Part shown: piece by piece, positions 57,934-64,000 of the stretch
Layout of the letters: every line of letters starts with the position of its first letter
Position numbering within the stretch: position 1 is the stretch's first letter
Source: an uncultured virus (IMG/VR IMGVR_UViG_3300002307_000047)
Lineage: Duplodnaviria; Heunggongvirae; Uroviricota; Caudoviricetes
Virus record (IMG/VR): IMGVR_UViG_3300002307_000047
Span: 1-64,000 of that record
Direction: 5' to 3' (one strand)
DNA length: 64,000 nucleotides
Position numbers and translations under genes: made by a program
Notes under the pieces: model-generated
What the model was told of the DNA's origin: nothing
The model's input: only the letters and a program-made list of their open reading frames with translations
The model's database searches: none

Positions 57934-58431
57934 TTATCCTTTTCTTGGGTTTGTATAATTAAGGCCAGACACGCGATTATCTATATCGCTTTGGGTCGGT
58001 TGATATGGTATTATTCGCATTATTTCAAGCCTGTGTGCCACCTTATCCCAATCTACAAATGGTTGTTCGCTTATTTCGGGGTCGTACTTCCGGGGGCAGC
58101 CGAGCGCGGCATCATCAATATAAAGTTGCGCATAGCACTTAGGCGATGTAGTCCAATTGTGTTGGGTCGGATTTTTCTGAATGCCATGCAACGGAATGTC
58201 ATTATCTGCGAACCATTGTACCGCATCGCTTAGGAATGCGCCTGTGACATCTGCTATCAGTTCGTGACCAGTTTCGCCCGACTCGGCTCTGTCTGACCTC
58301 ATGGTGAAAAGTATGAGATTGTGACCGGCAGCCACAAGCCTTTTTAATACCGGCACTGCGCCAATATCCTTACCTATTTTGGGAAATTCGTGTGTAGTAC
58401 ACGTTCCGTCAAAGTCAATTGCTATTTCCAT
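57934..58431 (-). CDS. HAD-superfamily phosphatase-like protein
   Basis: IAIDFDGT, ILFTMR, SPKCYA, LYIDD. Confidence 0.85.
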   Translation of the reverse strand: MEIAIDFDGTCTTHEFPKIGKDIGAVPVLKRLVAAGHNLILFTMRSDRAESGETGHELIADVTGAFLSDAVQWFADNDIPLHGIQKNPTQHNWTTSPKCYAQLYIDDAALGCPRKYDPEISEQPFVDWDKVAHRLEIMRIIPYQPTQSDIDNRVSGLNYTNPRKG

Positions 58432-58438
58432 CTTGTTT

Positions 58439-58816
58439 TTATTTTAAATTATCAATCTGATTCCTAAGGTAGTCGAGTGCTGCTGTGAGGCCAGCGGAGT
58501 AGGCGGCGATGCGGGATTTAGGAAGATCACTCCAATCTACCTCTGCTACCGTACCCTCATCGCTATACACGTGCCAATACCACGACTTTTTGCCTACGGT
58601 TATTCTCGGCTCAATCCATATGCCCTTACTATCCATCCATTCTACGGCCTCATAGATACTCGGAGCAGAAACGGTGTCAACCCTGTCCCTATTCTGAATT
58701 TCATTGTCGGTGTTATCAATGGGTAATCCGGCGCCTATCTGATGATAGTTCAATGTTGCTTTATTGTAGCCGCATTCTTTCAGCTTTATAGCCTGATCTT
58801 TCGTCGTGTATGTCAT
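58439..58816 (-). CDS. hypothetical protein
   Basis: QAIKLKECGY...SAPSIYEAVEW motif common in Bacteroidota phages. Confidence 0.6.
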   Translation of the reverse strand: MTYTTKDQAIKLKECGYNKATLNYHQIGAGLPIDNTDNEIQNRDRVDTVSAPSIYEAVEWMDSKGIWIEPRITVGKKSWYWHVYSDEGTVAEVDWSDLPKSRIAAYSAGLTAALDYLRNQIDNLK

Positions 58817-58992
58817 GGTTTGGTTATTTTTGATTTGCAGTCAGGACAATAGGTGTGATCTCCTATAAGCCCCCACCCTAAACTCTTAAAATACTTGACT
58901 GGCTTTTTTGTTTCACAATCCTCATCTCTATGACCACATTTGCGACATAGCAAGGAATATGTTATGATTATTTTCTGACCGAGTGTTGCCAT
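58813..58992 (-). CDS. 59-aa zinc-finger protein
   Basis: CRKC...GW...YCPDC; below the ORF-track size cutoff; ATGA overlap. Confidence 0.65.
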   Translation of the reverse strand: MATLGQKIIITYSLLCRKCGHRDEDCETKKPVKYFKSLGWGLIGDHTYCPDCKSKITKP

Positions 58993-58997
58993 ACTTC

Positions 58998-59138
58998 TTA
59001 CTTTTTAACTACTACAAATTTTACCCCGTCAATAATTTCACACTTGAGTTTACCAGTTGAAATCAATGTATAAACCCACGTAGTGCTTATCTTATTTGCA
59101 TCAGCATAATTCTTTACTGTTTGTAGTTTTTGTTTCAT
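58998..59138 (-). CDS. 46-aa excisionase-like / winged-HTH DNA-binding protein
   Basis: TVKNYADANKISTTWVYTLISTGKL...IDGVKFV; TAACTTTG box 4 nt upstream of the ATG. Confidence 0.65.
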   Translation of the reverse strand: MKQKLQTVKNYADANKISTTWVYTLISTGKLKCEIIDGVKFVVVKK

Positions 59139-59175
59139 GTTTCAAAGTTATAAGTTATTTCGATACCACCAAATT

Positions 59176-59397
59176 TTATTTCTCAATGTCCTCAAATAAA
59201 ACCTTGAGCGCACTACTGTAGTCCTTGGATGTTGCGCCGTACTTAATAATAGCGGCATCTGATAGCTTCCTTGCTAAGTCAGTTGTTAGTGCATCCATTT
59301 CGTTTAGGAATGTGTTTACTGAGCAATCCCCATCTGCGTTAAGCTGAGTTGTTACCTTGCCCGTGTCGTCTTTTTCTACTGTAATTATGATTTTCAT
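59176..59397 (-). CDS. hypothetical protein
   Basis: 73-aa ORF. Confidence 0.55.
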   Translation of the reverse strand: MKIIITVEKDDTGKVTTQLNADGDCSVNTFLNEMDALTTDLARKLSDAAIIKYGATSKDYSSALKVLFEDIEK

Positions 59398-59435
59398 GTT
59401 TTATGTTTTTTTATTTCTCAATAATAATAACCGCC

Positions 59436-61250
59436 TTAGAAGGGGTAAGGATTACCGTTTTCATCAAGTTCTGGTGCGGGTGGTTCATCCTCTTTGTCTT
59501 TTGATATTCTACTATCCCTGATGTCTCTTTTTAAAAGGCTAGTTGTAGATGCGTTAAATTTTTCTTCATCCGCTTGATTTAAGTATCGCATCTCATTCAT
59601 TGGCTTATCACCCTCCTCAGCGTATCTTCCACTTGGTATATCATAGGTGAACGTTTGCATACCTGTTTTACCAACCCATTTAAACTTTACCTTCTGCACA
59701 TGTACATCAACGGTATTGGTATCAAAATTTCTATACACACAGATACCATTAAAAGCCTTATTATAGAAATGAGCCGAATCTGATATATCGTATAGGGTTG
59801 GAATATTGTGTTTTTTAGTCACAACATCTTTGGGAATCTTAGTCGGGTGCGCCACAAGGAATATATGCACATTATACTTGGCACAAAACATCGTCATTTT
59901 TGTAAGAGCCTCACTGATGTAATCATTTTTGTCCTGTCCATTGTCTCGCTTATGACTCAAATAATTCCAAGGATCAAGTATGAGTGCATTTATACCATAC
60001 CTCTTAACCAACTCAGCACCTTTCGTAAGGACTCCATCTATCGACAAATCATTGTCATTGATCGAAAGAAAGTAGAAGTTATCATTTAAAAACTCCAGTG
60101 TTCTTTTCCTGACATCAATAGGAGTGTCTTTTATGTTTAGTCCAGTAGTCTTTTCCATGAGTCGGATAACATGTATTTCGGGCGGTTGTGTCTCAGGTGA
60201 AAAAACTCCAAATCTCCATTTGTGTCTCGTGGCTAATTTTATCGCTATCTGATCGAGAAAGTCAGATTTACCATGAGACGGTATGCCCGTTATGATTGTA
60301 AGTTCTCCGCCCTTCCACTTGATTAGGTCATTGAATCCAATATAATCTATCGACAATACCTCGGGATACCCATACAGGGCAATATTTTCAACCTTATCAG
60401 CAAGAGACTGAACAGTAACGATCCCCTCCAAATCACACTGCCTTGCATTAGATATACAAGCAAATAAGGTATCCTTACCATGCTTCAAAAGTACATCATT
60501 ACTATCTTTACAGTCTTTCGGATATTGCACTATATAGCACCTGTCTGCGCCAAGCCTACGGACAAGCTCCACCTGCAATGATAATCCCGCCTCGTCCGAA
60601 TCTGTGGCAATCGTGATCTTATCTATATTTTCAAAGGCATCAATGCAATTATCAAGGTATATTAGCTTCTGATTGCCCTTAGATGCCCCATTTGGCACAG
60701 AAATGACGTTTGCAAGCCCTATCTCCATAAGGCTAAGGCAATCTATCTCCCCCTCTGTTATTATGGCCTCAGAATGCCCCGTAATTGAATCTATGTTATA
60801 GAAAATCAACTCTGCGCCCCCTGACAATGAAAACTGCTTGTCTTTATTCCGAAACTTGATATTTATAAGCTCTCCCTCTCGGTAGTAATTGAAACACATA
60901 CAAGGCGTTTCTTTCCCTGCTTGGGGTATAAACTCTAATGCTTCGGTAACTTTTGCTTTTAAAAGTGTCTCATTAGAGATGCCACGAGCCTCAAACCACT
61001 TTGCAATGTTTGCTCCCACAGCCTTGGGGCGTGGTTCAGGTTTTTTGTAAACTTTCTTTTCTCTCACTTCATACACTTTAGCGGTTCCACTAAATCCACA
61101 GTGGTGGCAATTAAAAACACCATCTTCCTTATTCACCGATAGGCAAAGGTCTGTTTTATTCTTTCGCTCGGGACTGCATTTTGGACAGAGTGTTTTACCT
61201 TGTTTAACAATCTTCCTTACGTCAATTCCATATTTGCCCCAATCCATCAT
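59436..61250 (-). CDS. bifunctional primase-helicase (T7 gp4 / Twinkle-like)
   Basis: Zinc finger CPKC...CHHC; TOPRIM TEGEID and TDSD; Walker A GIPSHGKS; ILDPW; VAHPTK. Confidence 0.93.
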   Translation of the reverse strand: MMDWGKYGIDVRKIVKQGKTLCPKCSPERKNKTDLCLSVNKEDGVFNCHHCGFSGTAKVYEVREKKVYKKPEPRPKAVGANIAKWFEARGISNETLLKAKVTEALEFIPQAGKETPCMCFNYYREGELINIKFRNKDKQFSLSGGAELIFYNIDSITGHSEAIITEGEIDCLSLMEIGLANVISVPNGASKGNQKLIYLDNCIDAFENIDKITIATDSDEAGLSLQVELVRRLGADRCYIVQYPKDCKDSNDVLLKHGKDTLFACISNARQCDLEGIVTVQSLADKVENIALYGYPEVLSIDYIGFNDLIKWKGGELTIITGIPSHGKSDFLDQIAIKLATRHKWRFGVFSPETQPPEIHVIRLMEKTTGLNIKDTPIDVRKRTLEFLNDNFYFLSINDNDLSIDGVLTKGAELVKRYGINALILDPWNYLSHKRDNGQDKNDYISEALTKMTMFCAKYNVHIFLVAHPTKIPKDVVTKKHNIPTLYDISDSAHFYNKAFNGICVYRNFDTNTVDVHVQKVKFKWVGKTGMQTFTYDIPSGRYAEEGDKPMNEMRYLNQADEEKFNASTTSLLKRDIRDSRISKDKEDEPPAPELDENGNPYPF

Positions 61251-62092
61251 TTCTGCACTCTCCTATAATACGGAGTTGTTCCTTGGTCTTTTAGGATTCT
61301 ATCTGATTCTTCTACTCTTGATTTAAGTTCTTGGTATGGAGTTGGATGCTCAAATGTGGATACCCATATCATTTCATCTTTTGATGTGCTCCTTTGGATA
61401 ATCCAATTTTGTGGAACATGAATCCCTTTCCATGTTTTTGATATAGCAACATCAATAAGAGCTATAGCATTTTGCTCTATCCCCTCTGATAGCTTAAATA
61501 AATCATTAATGCCTTGTATTTCAGAAATTGTACCCTTGTACTTAAAACCGTGTTGTTGTCTTTTATATTCCTTCCACCGCTCCCAAGCAACCTTAAATTC
61601 ATCCGATGAAAATGGATATACTAATTCTATTTCCTTTTCTTTACTATCCTTTCCTTTCCTTTCCTTTGTTGGATTTCGTTGAACAGTCGTTAACGGTTGC
61701 TCAACGGTCGTTGAACGGTCGTTGGCTCTTTTTTGGGCTGATGCCTTCCCCGCTAGCGATCTTTGTTCTCTTGACAAATTTCGCAACTCTATGTTTCTGA
61801 ATACTCTATCACTCCAAAAATGAGTTTCGTCATTTTGGAACAACTCACATTCATCGGATATGGCATAATCTATTACCTCAGATACAAAGTCAGAAGTAGT
61901 TAGCATCTGCTGAGCTATCGTAGTGTAGATATACTTCTTTTTTTCAATTTTGTGGCCTTCTCCTGAGTGGAGCATTTCTATAAGCCGCCAAAAAATACCA
62001 TATCCAGCTCCACCGTACTTTGCTAAAAGTGCGCCTATTTTTGGATCGGAAGTCGGTTCGTAATCGTGGGGAAAATAAAAAGTATCTTTCAT
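61247..62092 (-). CDS. DUF4373 / Lin1244-like replication initiator
   Basis: YFPHDY...DPKI...YGGAGYGIFWRLIEML; basic KERKGK linker; upstream of the helicase. Confidence 0.75.
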   Translation of the reverse strand: MKDTFYFPHDYEPTSDPKIGALLAKYGGAGYGIFWRLIEMLHSGEGHKIEKKKYIYTTIAQQMLTTSDFVSEVIDYAISDECELFQNDETHFWSDRVFRNIELRNLSREQRSLAGKASAQKRANDRSTTVEQPLTTVQRNPTKERKGKDSKEKEIELVYPFSSDEFKVAWERWKEYKRQQHGFKYKGTISEIQGINDLFKLSEGIEQNAIALIDVAISKTWKGIHVPQNWIIQRSTSKDEMIWVSTFEHPTPYQELKSRVEESDRILKDQGTTPYYRRVQK

Positions 62093-62568
62093 TTAGGTTC
62101 TTTCGGGGTTTCAATATTCACATAATCATCACCGCAGACAGACCTACTTAATAAGTCACTATATTCTTTGCGGTGCTCTTTGCCTAATGAGCTTATAAAT
62201 GACAGGTCTAAGCCCATATCCAAAAGAGACATGCCACTATTGTGCGCGTTTATTATGTATGATAGAAATATCATCATTTCGGGGGTATCTGCATTGCACC
62301 TCCTAAATACAGATAGGATATATTGCCCCATACCCTTTAATTGAGCCTCCTCTGCCCAATGACATTCATGGCACAGCGTCAAAAGACAATCGTTTGTATA
62401 ATCCCAAGGCTCTCTACCTTGTATGTATTGGAGATGATGTACCTGTAATTCTTTTTGGTCGCTCCCGCAGTGCTTGCACTTAAATTCATCGCGCTGCATT
62501 ATTTCTAATTTCTTCTTTTGCCACAAAGGATTACCTAGTTTCCGTTGGTATTCGTTTTTATTATTCAT
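62089..62568 (-). CDS. HNH endonuclease-like protein
   Basis: WQKKKLEIMQRD..CKHC...LQVHH...TLCHECH; start moved to 62568, downstream of a TATCTTTG box. Confidence 0.8.
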   Translation of the reverse strand: MNNKNEYQRKLGNPLWQKKKLEIMQRDEFKCKHCGSDQKELQVHHLQYIQGREPWDYTNDCLLTLCHECHWAEEAQLKGMGQYILSVFRRCNADTPEMMIFLSYIINAHNSGMSLLDMGLDLSFISSLGKEHRKEYSDLLSRSVCGDDYVNIETPKEPK

Positions 62569-62655
62569 TCGGGGAATATTGAGTAATGCAAAGATAGTAG
62601 TCATTTATCAATATCCAAACAATTTCGAAAATAAATAAAAAAAGTTTACTAAATA

Positions 62656-62686
62656 TTTGGTAGTATCAAAAAGCTATCTAACTTTG
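62656..62686 (+). promoter_or_regulatory. Bacteroidota promoter, half of a divergent pair
   Basis: TTTG-N19-TAACTTTG; opposite-strand TATCTTTG at about 62589-62596. Confidence 0.7.
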
Positions 62687-62706
62687 CATCATCTAATAAA
62701 ACAACC

Positions 62707-62955
62707 ATGACAAGAATAGAGGTAAAAGAACAACAAAAAGCACTAGAAAAACTGGTGGATGAATTTGGTAAGTATGGGCACGATAAAGCTGCTGGCGGTG
62801 CATCTACCTATATCATTAAAAAGATGCTTACGGACGCAGCTCCTGACGAATTGACCTTTATTAAGGTGCTTGGGTACTTCCAAGGCTTAAAGGCTGCGAA
62901 AGACGTAGCTATTGAGAAAGCCAAATCAGAATTAGTTCAACCAGTAAAACAATAA
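62707..62955 (+). CDS. hypothetical protein, possible regulator
   Basis: First gene after the promoter. Confidence 0.55.
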   Translation: MTRIEVKEQQKALEKLVDEFGKYGHDKAAGGASTYIIKKMLTDAAPDELTFIKVLGYFQGLKAAKDVAIEKAKSELVQPVKQ

Positions 62956-63160
62956 TCATGTACAAATACACAGACACACAATTTATCGGCCCCACTCGAC
63001 AGTCTATCCGACATCTCAGAGCTAACAGAAGTATTAAGCGAACCCATTTTTGAAATTAAACCATAAACACCATAGCGCAGGGTGACGATACGCTACAATT
63101 CATATTCACCGTAATGAACAACTAGGCGAAGGTTAATTAAACACATAAACAAACAAAACA

Positions 63161-63886
63161 ATGGCAACCGAATTAGCAACAATCAAGATACCAAGCCTAA
63201 CAGATTTGGTCAATGAGTCCGAGGAGCAGTACAAAGACAACGCCCTCATGGTAATCCTCAATCAAGACCCGCCTAAGCAATGGCTTGAACAGCATCCCAC
63301 GGTGAAGGTGAAGAACGCACAAGGGCAATCAGTCCCGCTAATGTTTCTGCCTATTTCACGCGTAGAGTACCTTTTAAGCCGCATATTCACTAAATGGTGG
63401 GTAGAGGTCAAGGAGGTAAAGCTAATCGCTAATAGCGTGGTTACCGTGGTCAGGCTGTACGTTAAGAACCCGACCAATGGAGAAGTAGAATGGACTGAGG
63501 GTGTCGGCGCGTCCCCTTTGCAGATCAAGTCTAAGGACAATGGCGGTCAGGGGGCGATAGACTTTCAAAACATGCAGTCAGCAGCGGTACAGATGGCAGC
63601 ACCGTCTTCTAAGTCATACGCTATCAAGGACGCGGCAGAATGTTTTGGCAAGCTGTTTGGTAAAGACCTCGGTAGGAAGGATATTATCGACTATGGCTCA
63701 CTACTCAAGGAAGAGCCTGCGACACTGGAAGAGCTAAAGGACTTAGCGGTGCAATGTATGGAGGCGGGTATTCAGTTGTCCCCGCAGGAGTTGGCAAACT
63801 ATGACCGGATAACTAAGAATCAGGAGCACAAATCCTACAATACGCTCCGCAAATTGCTCACATCTAAACTAGAACAAAAACCATAA
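63161..63886 (+). CDS. Rad52/Sak-like single-strand annealing protein
   Basis: FLPISRVEYLLSRIF...EGVGA...SYAIKDAAECFGKLFGKDL. Confidence 0.65.
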   Translation: MATELATIKIPSLTDLVNESEEQYKDNALMVILNQDPPKQWLEQHPTVKVKNAQGQSVPLMFLPISRVEYLLSRIFTKWWVEVKEVKLIANSVVTVVRLYVKNPTNGEVEWTEGVGASPLQIKSKDNGGQGAIDFQNMQSAAVQMAAPSSKSYAIKDAAECFGKLFGKDLGRKDIIDYGSLLKEEPATLEELKDLAVQCMEAGIQLSPQELANYDRITKNQEHKSYNTLRKLLTSKLEQKP

Positions 63887-63890
63887 AAAA

Positions 63891-64000
63891 ATGACAGAAG
63901 AAACACAAACACAAAGTAGCGAACTGGTAGTCGTTATTAACCAAAGTGGGCTAGAGAAAGAAACAGCCACTACATTGCTTGAAAAGTTTGCCCCGCTCTT
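63891..64000 (+). CDS. hypothetical protein, truncated by the window end
   Basis: MTEETQTQSSELVVVINQSGLEK... stays open to the edge. Confidence 0.5.
   Translation, partial: MTEETQTQSSELVVVINQSGLEKETATTLLEKFAPL

Noticed and set aside
58998..59138. Integration module or att site implied by the excisionase-like gene
   Set aside because: No integrase or flanking host genes in the window, so prophage status cannot be established
1..64000. Stop-codon reassignment, known in some crAss-like phages
   Set aside because: Long genes are intact under code 11, and both TAG (terminase, 25914) and TGA (many ATGA overlaps) act as real stops
1..64000. CRISPR array, tRNA or rRNA genes
   Set aside because: No regularly spaced repeats or convincing cloverleaf seen by eye; tRNAscan-SE and a CRISPR finder would be needed to exclude them fully

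Overview
The whole window reads as part of a Bacteroidota-infecting, podovirus-type tailed phage whose virion gene order resembles crAss-like and Flavobacteriales phages. The + strand carries GroES, GroEL, a tandem-GroES protein, terminase, portal, scaffold, major capsid, ring/adaptor proteins, a 1827-aa tail muzzle, three internal (ejection-type) proteins up to 2624 aa, fibre-like proteins, holin candidates and a GH19 endolysin. The - strand carries early and replication genes (Twinkle/T7-gp4-like primase-helicase, DUF4373-type initiator, HNH, HAD, ASCH, YopX), with a Rad52/Sak-like annealing protein on the + strand at the right end. Many TAnnTTTG promoter boxes point to a Bacteroidota host. 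Main observations: (1) an intact IS1595-family element (1047-4684; 25-bp inverted repeats, 8-bp target duplication) carries KilA-N, a C5 methyltransferase and a probable restriction endonuclease, in a genome that strongly avoids RGCGCY, the site suggested by the methyltransferase; (2) the major capsid protein and three other virion-module proteins begin with Sec-type signal peptides; (3) the phage encodes a three-gene chaperonin set; (4) two leaders have complementary hairpin loops coupled to terminators, and one candidate sRNA is antisense to late-gene start regions; (5) there is an Acb2/Tad1-like anti-defence candidate. Family calls come from recognising motifs by eye, and motif counts are manual. 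No database search was run.
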